A stretch of DNA of 63,594 bases, filler included, from Choristocarpus tenellus KU-1152 (GCA_964200185.2; 11 parts of 11 records of this genome joined end to end with filler, not necessarily neighbours in it), one strand, 5' to 3'; shown: positions 36,395 through 51,059, numbered from the whole stretch's first letter. The notes: generated by a model not told the origin, from the sequence alone. Made by a program: numbers and translations.

Positions 36395-38822
36395 GCTTAA
36401 GCGTGNNNNNNNNNNNNNNNNNNNNNNNNNNNNNNNNNNNNNNNNNNNNTTAATTAATTAANNNNNNNNNNNNNNNNNNNNNNNNNNNNNNNNNNNNNNN
36501 NNNNNCCCCTCCCCCCCCCAGATACTTTGGGTCATTTTTGCTTTACTCTCACATATCAAGATGTTACAAATCTAAAAACTCCACACCACAACAATATATG
36601 GTAGTATGCACAAAAATGTGCATACACGCAACTTCACATACGATGTCTTCCACACGTTTTTCACACAGAGCAACCAAACAAAGCGGACAGGTTTGTTTTG
36701 AGTCAGACTAGCTTGAGACTGTACCTGTCTGGCTTGTGGACTGGACAAATAAATCGCGTGCTGTAAATGCTCTCTTAACACCAAAGACTTGAACCGCTAA
36801 GTGTATACGGGCTGATACGATCTTTAGAGGACGTGGTCCAGAGAGGATAGGAAAATGATAGACCTCAACCAGCCGGAAGATATGAATTGATGCAATATCT
36901 AGAGTTCTAGTGGATATGCACCGGACAGCTTAGAAAAATAATCGACCAGGTCTGATCATCAGACGTGGACCTGGACATGTCAGATAACTAGGGGACCAGC
37001 CGTTTCAGAGAGGTGTATGCCTCGTCAGTCGACTCTTTTTTTTTTTTACTACAACCACGCTTCACCAAACCAAAAACCTTTGGTAGTTCAAATGCGTATA
37101 CTGAACGGTATTTTAAACATATCCTTAAAGATGCCCAAGAGTTGCAGGCTGCTGTCACACGGACAAGGGCACAAAAAACATACACACCACGTGCTTTTTG
37201 GGGGGTCATCACCTTGACCTTTTTACTGCTTGTTCGTAAATGGAGCACCAGCAAAAATTGAAAACGTCGCTTATTTCACCCCATAAGATAAGCTCTAAAA
37301 CTGGTGCTTGTTTCCACTACATAATAGTACCATACACATGCTCTCAACCAGAGTTATGCGCAACGTCAGACAGTGGGGCAATTTGCCACAACGTTGTAAG
37401 AGCTCTACTTGTGGCGACTTGTCGACTTGTGCACAATAGTAATATACGTAGTTGACACATTTCGCAGAGAGATTTTCGATGGTTGTAAGTCGTATCAGTG
37501 TTCTCAACAGTAGCTGAGAAACCTTTGTAGATGTTAACACATCTGGTAGGTTCCACCAAAAATTACTCAGCTTTCTCTTTTCTTCCACCATTTTGCAGCA
37601 GGAGGGTTTGTGTTAGGGAAATGACCTAACCATGCATAGTTGTTACACAGATGAGAGTTGTAACTTGTGGAGTCAAATAAGAATCTTATATTCACACTCA
37701 AAATGAATGGTTGAATCTACCCAACGGAACAGGCATACTCCCCACGGCAAATCCTTCATTAGCATCTAGTCCAGGTGCAGGGCCAACACAGCAGACATCG
37801 AGTGTGATTTTCCGCATGAGAACTTCAGTGAATTCTTGTGCAGGCAATTCATTAAGGTTTTCTAGAGGAGAATGCTCTCAAGAGATGTACTCAGTACTTG
37901 TATCTCTATCTACCAATAATTCGTACACAGGAGTGCACACTTCAAGAATGATGTCTTGAATCATACTGTGGTTAAGAGGGTATACTTCGATGGGCAGTCA
38001 AGCGACAAAATATACAGGCATGAAACAAAGTAGATCAATAGTGATAATAGCTCTTGGAACCATACAGGTTTATACGAAAGTGCTACAGATGCACAGTTTG
38101 TTTTCAGGAGATAGGATTTGAAGACCAAACTTGTAGCACATACATATGGGCCAAGCATCCATAGGTGGTTGCACAATTAACTTGTCCACAGATGAGTTAT
38201 ACAGCATACAAAAAGATCATAATCCAAGTCCATTGCACTTATTACATTTCTTTCCAGACCATAAAACAATATCATGGTACATAAATGAGTCGTTTACCTA
38301 GTGACACAACAGGAAGATATTTTGAATATGAAGCCCCCTCTTGTAATAGCTACTACAGCACCAAAAAGATCCATAGAGTTGGGAAAACCATCCCAATTTT
38401 AGATGTTTTTTTTCAATACTTAAAATAGGTTTTGTTCTCCAGAGCTTACTGACCTTGTTGATATTCAATACTACAAAAGCAGGTATGAGTAGGTAAAGGG
38501 TGCGACCCCAACCAGGATCCCTATAGGCCACACTAAAATGCATCAAAGGTTTATTGGAACGGCAGTAACATCTCTAACCTCATGGCAGTAAAGAATGACA
38601 AAACTGGGAGGAATCCACTTGAAACAGAGAAAACACATCAAAAATACGGTCTGAACTTCTACAAACCTGACTGAGTCTTGTAAAGACTGAGATTATGGGG
38701 ATTCAGGCAAACCCAAATAATCATGCAAAATACATAACGTTGTGTATCGAATAATACACCCACGGGGAAAAAAAATCCCGATCAAAGTTTGTGTGTTACC
38801 TGATGCCCTTACATCAAGAGCT

Positions 38823-40341
38823 TTATGCAAGCAACTCATCAATCTTATTGTTAAGCTTGGCCTCGATAATCTCTTCGGTGGCCTTCCACAGGCGAGGTGC
38901 ATTGGCTGGGTCAGATGCAAGTGCTGACGGCTTGGTTTCCTTGTTATCAGACCAATATTTCCCGGAGAGCTCTGCTGTGCCCAAGGCAGGATCCAAGGCA
39001 CATTTAAGAGCTGTCGACGATCCATTTAGTGGAGTCTTGAACATGTACTTATGCAGGGGCTTGAGTAGGCGTGTTACCCTTGACGTTAAACTGTTATCAG
39101 TCATGTGGCGCATTAGATCAGTGTTCACCAAACCAGGGTTCACAGCATAGGTTGTGATGCCACGGGGGCTAACCCGCTTTGAGAACTCCTGGGCATCCAA
39201 GATATTCATCAGCTTGGACTGTCCATATGACATCCATTGACCGTAGGCACCAGGCTTTTCAGCATTGATGTCATCCCATACCATGGCAATTTTGGCCTGT
39301 CCAGGTGGCTGGTTGTGTCCGAGACTGGAAAGGAAAACGATGCGGCCGCCGTCACGCATAGTGGGCTCGAGTAGACGAGTCAGAAGGTGCGGACCAAAGT
39401 GGTTCACACCCACAGTCATTTCCAAGCCATCGACTGTCTCTCGGCGGTCAGGGATGGCCATTACCCCAGCATTGTTCATGAGAATATCAATACGGTCTCC
39501 AGATGCCTTGAACCGCTTGCAAAAGTCAACTATAGAGTTGAATGATCCTAGGTCTAGCACCTCTACAGACACATCCACGTCAGTGAGGTCTGCATGTAAG
39601 GGGACACCCTGAGCTTCAGGTTTTGGGATATTGGGGGCGGTTATTCAACACCAAGACACGATACAGCACACAAAAAGGAGCGGTGTGAGTTCATGCACTA
39701 CCTTACGAATAGGCAAGGTCAAGCAAGCAACACCACGATTTCACAAAGTAAGTTCTACCAAATCATGAAAGGATGATTTCAGCTCGAGAAGGGGAAAGAT
39801 AGGTGGCGACAAACGAAGATCCCAACAATATTGCAACGTTGCAAGCTCAGGTATAGAGGACCAAGTAATAGAGGGCTCGTCACCAAGTCCGGATTTAAGA
39901 ACATTTGATAGTATGGTAGAATTTGTTACTTTGAGGATGCGTTGAGATAGGCCTAGGGTTTCGTATGTCATAATCAGCCAGACCCAACCGTCCACCACGT
40001 CAACTGCAAGTTCTACAATGCAATGGCAAATCTGGAAACCCAAAACATTCAGTGGTCTGTATATTATGATTTGGATGTGAATATTTTGATATCTGGTCAC
40101 GGGGTGTATAAAAGGTACCAAATTACGTAATTGTGTTACCTCACAGCCTCACCTCAGCCACAGGCTTAGCCAGAGCTTCTTCGCGGAGTTTTTCAAGCGC
40201 CACCTGACCCCTCTCCGCACTCCGGCAAGCCATTGTCACCTTTGCTCCCATCTTGGCCATTTCTCTGGCTTTAGCGTAACCCATGCCAGTGTTGGCGCCT
40301 GTAACGATCACATTCTTGCCTCGAAGGTCCGCGTCCCACAT
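38823..40341 (-). CDS. Short-chain dehydrogenase/reductase, retinol dehydrogenase 12/WWOX-like; exons 40341-40153 and 39608-38823
   Basis: TGANTGMG Rossmann motif, NNAGVM, GVNHFGP, catalytic YGQSK, VNPGLVNT. Phase-0 intron gag|gtgagg...ctcag|GGT. The start codon could lie in a further upstream exon. Confidence 0.92.
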
Positions 40342-41519
40342 GTTTTCCCCGTGTGTGTCCTTCTCAGGGAGGTAGCTTCGATCTCAGACGCGTCTCGGGT
40401 TACAGAGGGAGGAGTTCTTACTATTTCTGTGACCTAGTAACTACTACTTTTGTCAGTGGAAACTGTACCCAGATACGCTATCAACCTGAAGAAATCTTGA
40501 AGATAGAATGCGAAGTTATGACAGTAGTGGAATAGATCCATTTCCAAAACTCAATTTAAAAAAAATGTCTTTTCAAACGTTCAGTTCTTCCATTTTACTA
40601 CCTCACAGTTTATACAAATGAACTACCACCTACTGAAAATTGATTTTTATTATTCTCTGGATGGGTGGAATCTAACATCAATTCACAACCTGACAGTATA
40701 AATGTATTGACGTGGTGTGGGAAGTCTGAAATTGATTGGGTACGCAACAATTAAAGTGCCTAGACGGCCTTTTCCAAGGACTTACAGGTTTTGTTTTGTA
40801 TGAGTTGTGACTATTAAGTTGTGGTGTGACAGACAGGTATTTTTTTTTGGACCTGATCTCAGTAATCCGCATCCGCGCGCACATACAATTTAATTGCGCG
40901 CACATTTCTTTGTCGTTGGTGATGTTCCCATCAACATCAAACACAGAACACTTCAGAATTCTCAGACTGCTTACTATTGATGGTCACAAAGATGTGACGT
41001 CACCCATCGGATATGAGATTCCATTCAAACTTATCCTAATATTTGATGGGTAAGAGATGTATGTGTTTGCTCAAAGCACCCAACCATGGCAGAACCGGTA
41101 ACGACGGCTGGGTACACCCTCGTCGCGACATTGCCTTGAAATGAAAAACCCCAAAAGTTCATATCCTTTGTTCTTGAAAACAAAAAATAAAAACGTTGAT
41201 GGCGTGAGTGGAAAGTAAACTAGGAGTGGGGTACATTTCTAATAGCTATTTATTTGTTGGTTGCCTCCTCTTCTCAAAAATTCTGGTGTTGTATCTATTC
41301 TTCCTCCAGTCAGTTCAGTACTTGTGGTGATACGCCTAGTCGAATATAAGTTAACAAAGAAAGAACAACACCCCATACATGTACCACTCAATTAACCCTA
41401 AGTAAGCCCATAGAGGACCTCCAGGGCGCTGTATTTTTCTCCATCGTGATACAAATATTTCCTCGTACCTACGCCTTTCCACACACACTCGGACAAAAAA
41501 GTAATCTCCACAAGAGAGC

Positions 41520-42892
41520 AGCATGACAGAGTCTGTTACTTACATTCCTAGAGAGGATCTGGTTGCGCTTGGTGGTGACTGTGTTGCCAACAGAAGGGAA
41601 TTAATCTTCAGATGCAGGTGGAGTGGCGCATCTATGCAAACAAATACTTGTGTGCGCTGCAACTTACTCAACTCTCCAAAAATCTCCACCTCCTTCACCT
41701 TCCACCATTTGAGGGGACCACTAAGCTCCTCCACGTCTGCATCCACTGATTGCACACCACGGTATACCTCCAGTCAGTATTGCGGTTTATCCTCATACTT
41801 CGGAGTAAATACGGTGGTTTCCAACCATGCCAAAGGCACCACATATATAGTACATCTTACTCTTTCACCTTGACAAAAAAATCGAACATATTATAGGTAT
41901 ATTATTTTGTTTTAAATGCAATGCGATCTTTTCTAAAATAGTAGTAGTTGATTCAATAAAATGTATATATATATAATCCTGTCTACTTCGGAAGGCCTCG
42001 GAGCCTTCTTTTACTCTAATTCAACTTCACATTGCATCACAAATTATCGTCTAACCCTTGATTATTGCCTACAACGCACCAAAACCTACATCCCGAGATC
42101 ATCCAACCTAGTAGATTCAATGAAATTTCAAAACTTGTCTATATCCACGCTATATTCTGTTGATGGACAATTAATTGCTCTATTTTGTCAAGCATCAAAC
42201 TATTTGTGTTGCAACCTCTTGTGGGCACTTCCTCCGCACCATCTCCAACGGAGGGTACCCCAGCCCATCACCCTACTGCCGTGCACGATGTCTTGGTCAC
42301 CTCCTCGATCAGCTTTGCCATGCTGAACTGCTGGTTACTCTCAGCATCTTCCGAGGAGGTCTCTCCACCCTCAAAGTCACATTCATCCTCACAAAGCATT
42401 AAGCCCTCAGCTTGAAATGCTCCCAAAATAGTTTCAAATTAATTACCTTCCTTTGGTGCTGGGGACATTTCACAGTCAGTACCACCTCAATGTAACTTCA
42501 ACTTCCTCATTGTCCCCTTCATGTTGTCTTCTTCTACATCACTCTATTCTATTGTTATTGTTGCCTTCACTTGAGCAGTCAAGTACCTTATTTGGCACAC
42601 TCACCCGACCCTTATTTGTCATTATGACAAGCAGGGCTACAATGAAGAAGTATTCGCCTCCAGAAGTGGTTATGTAATGACTAATTCTCTGACCCTTTCA
42701 ACTACCCTTTCAACTACCCTTTAACTAACCATTGTCTATATTATTAACACCTGTCCAGTTTGAAGAAGGGCTGAAAAATGTGCCAATTGGCCCCCTTATA
42801 TTCAAGTATCGTGTCATACCAATATAATTTTTTTATTCCAATACTATTTCAAATACCAAATCACTCCGATACAAATTTGAGACCCATCACTG
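41520..42892 (-). mobile_element. hAT transposase remnant with C-terminal dimerisation domain and candidate TIR CAGTGATGGG at 42892
   Basis: PLKWWKVKEVEIFGELSKL...CID.ATPPASED*FPSVGNTVTTKRNQI matches the hATC pattern WWK...LA...LxxPATSAxSERxFS..G..VT.KR. Frameshifted. Confidence 0.7.
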
Positions 42893-45167
42893 CTTGACAA
42901 TCTCTGTGACATGTCAGTATGCATAATACGACACATTGCTTCAGAGGGTAAAACAAAAACCGTAAAAAAAAAACATAATCACAGGACATTGCTTCAATCC
43001 TCTAGTAATATACCAGAGTCAGACCGTAACAAATACGATAGGTGGGGTGGCCCTCCCTTGCTATGGAAGCAACGCGAATAGAGTGAGGTGGTGAGGTAGG
43101 AGATATACCGTGATCTGCAATGTGATACATCAACTGGGAATGCCAAGTGTAAAGTCTTCTTACGTAAACCATCCTGCATCATTACGTACCCCATGACACA
43201 ACCCACAGCTCTACAACATCTCCGCGGGCAGTACTATTTATCCAACAATGATGAATCAGTGAATAATGGAATGCATCAATGTCCCTCTTTCATTTCTTCC
43301 GCAGCATATGGCGGAGTTATACTTCAATTTCCAGTAATACTCATAGCACACGTCAATTAACCCATACATATGTATTGGGCAATATGCATTGTCATCTACA
43401 GTTCCACTCACAGTTATGACACACGATACTACCTTGTGCAATATGAAGAGTCAATGCATCCGACGTCTTAATGTCCCCTACCTTCTCCTATACGAGTGTC
43501 TATGCACAGATAAGTTACTGAGGGGTAATGCCAGGCCCTTTCTCTCTCGTATTAGAGCATTTCTTGCTTGACGGTTATTTGAGTATCCACTCGCCATAAA
43601 GATTCAACGTAAAAAAAGTTCAAGAATGTGACCACGTTATGGTGGTGGAGAGGCAAAGAACTGTGTGGAGGACGATTAGCATATGTATTGCTACCAACGC
43701 TCTAACCAACACAAGCGGCAAGTATGAGCAGGAGTCCTGAATTGGCAGGTTGAAGTCGTCGTTTTACATACAAGTAAGCGCACACTTCTATATCTATACA
43801 TCATCTGCATCTATCTGCATCTATCTGCAAACTCCATTCTTCCAAAGTTTCTAAGTAGTATTCCTTTTTCTACGCTTCTTATATCTGTAGGCATGGGCAA
43901 TGTAGACTAATCTATGCACGTACACCCATGCACTGGTCCTACACCACTACCTCTGATGCCTGAATACATCTCTCTGGTACCCCTGGGAAAAGGACTCCTA
44001 CCAAATACCCATTGCCTACATATGTTCCAGACAAAAATGAGTAATCTAAACCCCCACCGTCTCTAATGGTTTCAGCATAATACAGTCCAGAACAGGAACT
44101 GCTTCCTTACCCAGGTTGCCGCCACCTTGATCCCTTCTGTTATCTGCAGAGCTTCATCACAATTGCCACCATATTGCAAGTGCTATTACTTCGATGCATA
44201 ATGTGCACACTCTGCTGGTGAGGCCACCGGCCCCGCTATCTTAGGGACGATCAAGATCTAAATATTAGACTGTAATCAACAACAAGAGTTTTTCCTAGTG
44301 TGTACGCAAACTCGTGTCCTCTACTTCGATCTAGCCCTACCTGCCGGAATGCGTATCTTGTGTACATCTTTCGACGGTACTGCATGTTCGATTAGACTCT
44401 TCCAACTCTATCGGACAGTTACGGTAAAATATGTGTGGAGTAATGGAGCAACCTATTAGTGGTTGAGTTATGAGAAACTTTTACTAGTGGTTNNNNNNNN
44501 NNNNNNNNNNNNNNNNNNNNNNNNNNNNNNNNNNNNTTAATTAATTAANNNNNNNNNNNNNNNNNNNNNNNNNNNNNNNNNNNNNNNNNNNNGTGGGGGG
44601 TGGGCGGGGGGGGGAGGGGGGGGGGGGGGGAGGGGGGGGGGGGGGGGGGGGGGGTGTGGGGGGGGGGGAAGGTGAGGGGATTAGACTAGGGAGAAGGTGG
44701 TGATGCGAACAAGATCAAAAAGCATGCTTTTTACTAATGCTCTTACTTCAATTTTCTTTTCAAGATGGTCATTATCTACCGCAATTCAGTGGCTTTTCCC
44801 AACGGTGAAGGCGTGCTACGCACAACCTTCACTGCAGATTGGTAATTATATCTGCAGATTGGTAATTATATCTTCTTGAAAGATGTTAGTTGAAGCATAA
44901 CATGCGTTAAAAGAATGTATCGTAACATGTGTTAAAAGAATATATCAGAGAAGGCACACAGATGCGCATCCTTTCTATCTATTTAAAATCGACCTCAGTT
45001 ACCCCAACCCTACATTGATCACTACACGTACATCACTACCTCCTGTTCAATTGCGGCTCTTCAGCCATGCCAGTGAGCATTACCCAATACACGGCACAGA
45101 TATGTCTGCAAAAATAACCAATAATAACCCCCCCCCCCCACAGAGAGAGAGAGAGAGATACACACAC

Positions 45168-46603
45168 CTGTTCAAATATCCTAAGGACGTGCAGGGTCTT
45201 CCATTGATTCAAGCATGCCTCCATCACTGCATGATAGGTATCTGCTGTAAGGACTATGCCCTTGGCCCTTCGTTTCTTCAAATCAGCTATTGCGGTTCGC
45301 CATCCATCCACCGTCTTCCCAAGCTCCCTAATCCTGGTAACCCCGTCGTCCACCCTAATTACACAAGCCGATCGGACGGAAGGGGTGGGTGGCGACTTAG
45401 ACTCATGTGTGGAAATGCTTTACAAAATTTGTCCTAAAATGCCTGGAATTCTTGCAGGTTGGGCTCCTAGAAATACTGTGTTGGTGTTGTTAGGGTAAAT
45501 GTTTATTGTGTTTGTCTTGGGTTCAAAATCGTGGCTCCAGTGGAGAAGGGAGGCCTTGTGAAGGAAGAGCTAACAATTGTGCATGTTTGGCCGGGCAGAA
45601 GGACGAAGGGTTGCCCATGGTGTAAGGCTGCCCCGAAATTTTATATGCGTAAGTAGGTGTGACTTTGGACCAATAATTTCATCATGAAATGCAACGCGTG
45701 GTGCATTATCATTAGACAAGTCAGGGTGGACGGAAGGGGTGGGTGACGACTTGAACCCAGTGTTGTGCTGCTATACATCCATACTTGTACTAAAATCCCT
45801 GGAATTCTGCCATCGTGGGCACCCGAGACATAATTTGCTAGGGCAGATAGGACAAAGGCTTATCACGTTTGTCCTGGGTTCAACATTCTGGGTTCAGTAC
45901 AGAAAGGAGGCCTCAAGAGGAAGAGGTAGAAGATATGCATGCTTCGGCGACCAGAAGGATGGAGGGTTGCCTAAGGTGGAAGGTTGCGCACCAACTATTA
46001 TGTGTGTGTATGTAGGTGTGACATTGGACCATTCATTTCATCGTCACATGCAGTACGCGGGGTAAACTTAGCTTACCGCTGAAAGCTAGTCTTCTCTCTC
46101 TTCTTCCTCTTCGTCCCCACTTCAGGCTTGGACAAACTTCGTTGTCCCTTCCCTGCTGCTTCTTCATCCGGGGTAGCCTCAACCTCGATGCCATCCTCTT
46201 CAGTGGAATATTTATCGCCGTCTTTCCTTGTCATCGTCGCGGCCAACTGCTTGCAAACGAGATCGGCAGCCGTATCTCCGATGACGGTTGGTCGTCGGTT
46301 CCCCCAGCTACCACAACGTCGCCCCGAGTTAGCTCCTCGCACGATCGGACAAGCCCCACCGGCTCCGATTCCCTTTCCCCCACTCCCATATGTAAACCCA
46401 TACACTCCTAGTCCCCCCAGCGTCCACCCACAAGCGAGAAGCGCGAGAGTTGCACCTCCTTCAACTCTCGTCTTCCAACACCTCCTCCCCAAAGCCCTCT
46501 CTGCCGATCGTCGTCTCCTATTTCGTCCAGTCATCGCTGCATGATGAATATTTGGTCTCTCCTTGGCGTCAGCGAGAAAATCGTCGAGCCTGGAGTTTAC
46601 CAT
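45168..46603 (-). CDS. Pentatricopeptide-repeat-like protein, 5' part; exons 46603-46077 and 45354-45168
   Basis: Exon 2 reads GWRTAIADLKKRRAKGIVLTADTYHAVMEACLNQWKTLHVLRIFEQ, which resembles a PPR motif. Exon 1 has a hydrophobic stretch resembling a targeting signal. The junction CG|G is in frame. Confidence 0.65.
45372..46060 (+). repeat. Diverged ~350-bp tandem duplication forming most of the PPR-like gene intron
   Basis: Both units start GGACGGAAGGGGTGGGTG.CGACTT and share CCTGGAATTCT, GGGTTCAA, GGAGGCCT, CAGAAGGA, GTAGGTGTGAC.TTGGACCA. Confidence 0.85.
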
Positions 46604-46858
46604 GGGGTGGCCAAGCCCTTATCCGTGGAACCTCTGTCGTAGGGCTGGATTCTGGATCATGTGCGACACCTACGCAGACGAGGGAGGCGTACGCAGCGAC
46701 GTGGCGCCACAGAGCCACCAGATCGATACCAACCCCAACATCTATTACAACAACAACAACAACAACAATAGTAGTGAGAGTGAAATAGTTGTGCGTGACA
46801 GCTCCAGCTGCCCTCGAGAGGGGCACTTGTAATTGCTAGTTGACGCTACCTTCAAACC
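46604..46858. promoter_or_regulatory. Putative bidirectional promoter between the divergent PPR-like gene and SEC11
   Basis: Only 255 bp separate the two opposed start codons. CpG-rich, with a (CAA)n tract at ~46747-46768. Confidence 0.55.
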
Positions 46859-48703
46859 ATGTACGAGGTTGTGGAGAGACAGATAGATGAGCTAAAGAAA
46901 CTTTGGAGCAACAAGCGTCAGCTAGCGTTCCAGGCCCTCAACCTGGCAATGATCGTGTTGTCCGCACTAATGATCTGGAAGAGCCTCATGGTCATCACCA
47001 AGTCTGAGAGCCCTGTTGTAGTTGTTCTGAGGTGAGAATAGCGGGGGAGACGGGTTTGAGTCGATGTTAAATGGTAAGGTGAACCTGCTCAGATGCGTGT
47101 GCTTGCTGTCCCCATGTTACTTTCAACCCACCACACCTCGACAGTTTCTATCGGTCGTCACCAGGCGCACAGATTGAGAGGTACGTACAGAAGAGGTATT
47201 TTAAGTTTCTGTGTGCTCTAGTCATGAGGTGGAGTGTAGTATTACCATTTTCACAGTTTGCAGGGGAGGAGATTATCAGTTCAAGACCACGAGGACACGT
47301 GTACAACTCAATTGTAGATCCAGATACCTTTTAACTTTACCACTCCCCTTCTTCCCTGCGGAGAATGGCCTATCCTACTCATTGCTCAATCCTTTCTACC
47401 ACATGGTTCTCGCTCTGTCCATGAATTTCAGTGGATCCATGGAGCCGGCCTTCCAACGTGGAGACATCCTTTTTCTGAACAACAATGATGAACCATTACG
47501 GGCTGGTGAGGTGGTGGTGTTCAAGATCAAGGACAGAGAGATTCCTATCGTTCACCGTGTCATGAATGTGCACGAGAAGTGAGTGCTAAATTACTGGCCG
47601 GTAGGAGGCATGAATGGTTCGAGCTGTTACTACTAGTTTACCGCTAACATTGAGCGTAGTGCCAATCGTTTTCCTTTGTGCAGGGGTGGAGTTTGTCGGA
47701 AATCAGGGTCGTTGAAGTTTCGTCCAAATAATTTTCCGGTCACATGAACAACCCTTGCATGCTAGTATTGTTCTAGTGAGTACACATACACACCTGATGT
47801 GCGGCCTGCCAGGGTCATGATGGAGATCAAGTTCTCCTCTTTTTCTTTCCTTGGGACTCATACCTTTGCATTTCAGGAAAAAAACGTTATGCAGTAATAT
47901 TGAATAGAAAAATAGATCATACTCAGGATCACAGACTTTCTCGCATATAGTATACTCTCTGTGTTCAGGATCAGTTTGATTAATATACTTGTATATAGTA
48001 TACAGTGGATACGTACAACGCCATGATTTGGAATTATTATATTATTATATTAATTAGGGACACTTTCCTCTCACTGTTCCACTAGGATAGTCTATTGACT
48101 ATCTACCTTGGTGGAACAGTGGCGTCTCGATGTGGACATGTGTATCTCCCTTTCATGGTTCTTACAATACATTACACCTACGCAATGCAAAAGTATATCT
48201 AAAATGTTGATGCTGACAACTATACAACATCCTAATAAACTCCTCTGGGTCACCCAAGTTCAAGAATGAACAGGCCTGCGGGACATTTTTAACATCTCTC
48301 CAATCCATCCCCTGCCGGATGCAAGAGACCTGAAAGGTTTCACTATCGTTAGTTACCTCTACTTTTTTCAGCCCATGTAAGGTGTGTTAAGCACCGGTTC
48401 GATTCCTGTTGCAGAGGTTCAAGCACCTGCATGAGGATTAAGATCTATCACACACCCACCTCCACGAAAATAAGGGACACTCCTCCCCTACCCACCCACC
48501 CCTGGGTCCATGCCACACTCTCACAGACCAAATGGGGAGATCTCTATTCTCACGAAGGGGGACAACAACACGGTAAATGACAGGGGGTTGTATGTTCCGG
48601 GGCAGCTGTGGCTGGAGCGAGATGACATCCTGGGAAGGGCGAAGGGAACTCTCCGCTACGTGGGAATGGTTACCATCATACTCAACGATTATCCAACTAT
48701 AAA
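46859..48703 (+). CDS. SEC11: Signal peptidase complex catalytic subunit SEC11, last exon missing; exons 46859-47031, 47432-47578, 48527-48703
   Basis: Spliced protein contains [10 protein letters not shown]|[15 protein letters not shown]...EIPIVHRV...LTKGDNN..NDRGLY...[13 protein letters not shown]. All introns are GT-AG, phase 2. Confidence 0.96.
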
Positions 48704-48800
48704 GTGAGCTACTTGTACCATTTGGTGCCACAGTTGAAAGGATTATCTTATCTAGGTTGCGTGATCTTTGCCATGGGAGTTCACATGTAATTATGATACA

Positions 48801-48839
<39 letters not shown>

Positions 48840-49186
48840 TTTGACCAATTTGAATGTTTTCTTGAACTTTGTTTGAAGTAGGAAAATTTCAATAAATATT
48901 AGGAGGGGGGAGGGGGAGGGGGCAATGATGAGATTAACGTGCTTATGCACGCTGAATGGTGTACCCATTAAACAACCAGAATGGGTCAAAGTATTTTGGG
49001 GGGGGGGGGTCAGCGTCCGTTTTTCACCTTTTTTTTAATTTTCACTTTTTTGGTTTGNNNNNNNNNNNNNNNNNNNNNNNNNNNNNNNNNNNNNNNNNNN
49101 NTTAATTAATTAANNNNNNNNNNNNNNNNNNNNNNNNNNNNNNNNNNNNNNNNNNNNAAAAAAAAAAGGGTTTGGGCCCCAACAAG

Positions 49187-49225
<39 letters not shown>

Positions 49226-51059
49226 GATACTTTGACCCGAAAGCAGGAGGGTGAGCAATTCCTCTGGAGGTCACCCAGGGAAGAGTGAACGGACAAAAGT
49301 GAATGAGGGGAGCTTTTATGGTCCACTCAAACCACCTGATATTTACTTCAACAAATAAATGCAGATGTCATATGAAACACAACAGACCTTGACTGTGGTC
49401 AACAGAAGAAGTACATCTTCCCAAGGAGGGTCACCTTAAAGGTATTACTTTAGTTGGAAGATGATGACCATCACAAGTTCTCTCTAAAACAGCATTTCCA
49501 ATTTCGAATTCCCCTATCCAATTTTCACACCAATATAGTGTGATATCGAACTAGTGTGACTTGAACTTGGTAATGATCTATCCCACAAATACTATGTTGG
49601 GTGCGAGTGATTGGGGTTGTGCCAACCCACACATTGCAACGCATGTCAAATTGATCTTGCATTGACTCGAACTTGGGCATGGTGGCACACAGCTCCCTCA
49701 AATAATTGTGCCAATGGGCTTGTGTCTCTCCCCATGGATTGTAACTTCCACTTCATTGACTAATTGCATATACAGTTCCTACTACTGTTCCTCCTATCTC
49801 TTCAATCATGTTCATCTTCTCTCTGATAAATCCATCCCGTCATAAAATTGATTTTAGGAAAACCTACTCCGCGAAAAAAAGTTCGATCTCCCCCCTTTTC
49901 AATCGTTGAGATTTCTGGGACCAAAATACTCTACTACCTCGTACCTCTCTCCTTGGTTGCAATAAATCATATTATGTCTTCTCTGATATTTGTCCCCTAG
50001 ACACACACACAGAGGATATGTTACAGCACACTCCAGAGCTTACCTCCGCGGAATTGTATAGCTCCAACCCACAGACCTATAGATGCCGCTGATGCTTGTA
50101 GAGGACTCCTGGGATACTTCGATGGTCATAAGGCCCAACGAGGATGAGGAATATCAGGCCAGCAGATAAGGGCACTCTTATAAATCGATAAGCATGTGTA
50201 TGAGAATTGGTATCAGTTAAGAGTGAGCCGTTTGGGGTCTGAGCCGTTTGAGGCCTCTTGTTATCATTTACCACTGTTTTATTTTTATTTCAGTATTTAC
50301 AGACGTTGAAATACCTCTGAGAAACTATTAAGCTTTTCTCTCCCTCCAGACAACTGACTCCAACATCGTTTGCTAATAAAGTGCTTCATTGGACACTACT
50401 TCCCTCCAAAACCGCTAGGAGGAAATCTCAACATCTTGCCAAATTAGTGCACTTGAGGGTAGTTGTGGGTAGTCCATCACATCAACTTTGGTACTACTTT
50501 CATTTCCGCTGCCCCATCTCCCGTCCCTTAGCCTTCTACCTTGTGCAACTGTTCTCTTTCTTGATCCCTCTTCGAACCGTAAAGAACAACTGACGTTTTC
50601 TACCTTTCCTTGCTATTCCTTTCATCATCTGACTTGATGCTGGGATGGCTGATACGTATCTACACCTTTGCAATATTTGTGGTATTGGACAGCTAGCTGA
50701 CGTCCTTCCTTAGTGTGTATGCAACTAAAATTCCTCATTTTGTACTTTCCCTAGGTGGGACACATATGAATCAACCCTTGGTATTTCAAATGATGTAAGG
50801 TCATTGAGATAGAGGTCAGAATGACAAATGAGCTCCCTTGATCATTCGATGGTCATTCAGAATCCTTGGTACGGGTTGGACTCGAGATCATGGCTTCTGG
50901 GTGTCTCTCTCTCTCTCTTCGACCTAGTGAGATCATCTTAATGAGTGCAGTTCACGTTCCTTGGTGTGCACAGAAACAACTACTACTGGTAGCCAATCTA
51001 AGTTCAAGAAAGCTCATGGGTGCTTCATAAATAAGCTATAAATGTGGGCGCTATAAAAA

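Noticed and set aside
44593-44670. Long poly-G/poly-C tracts (also ~49186-49223 and ~56993-57035) and the poly-Pro/Gly ORFs they create
   Set aside because: They sit at contig ends and are typical of low-quality or two-colour-chemistry reads.
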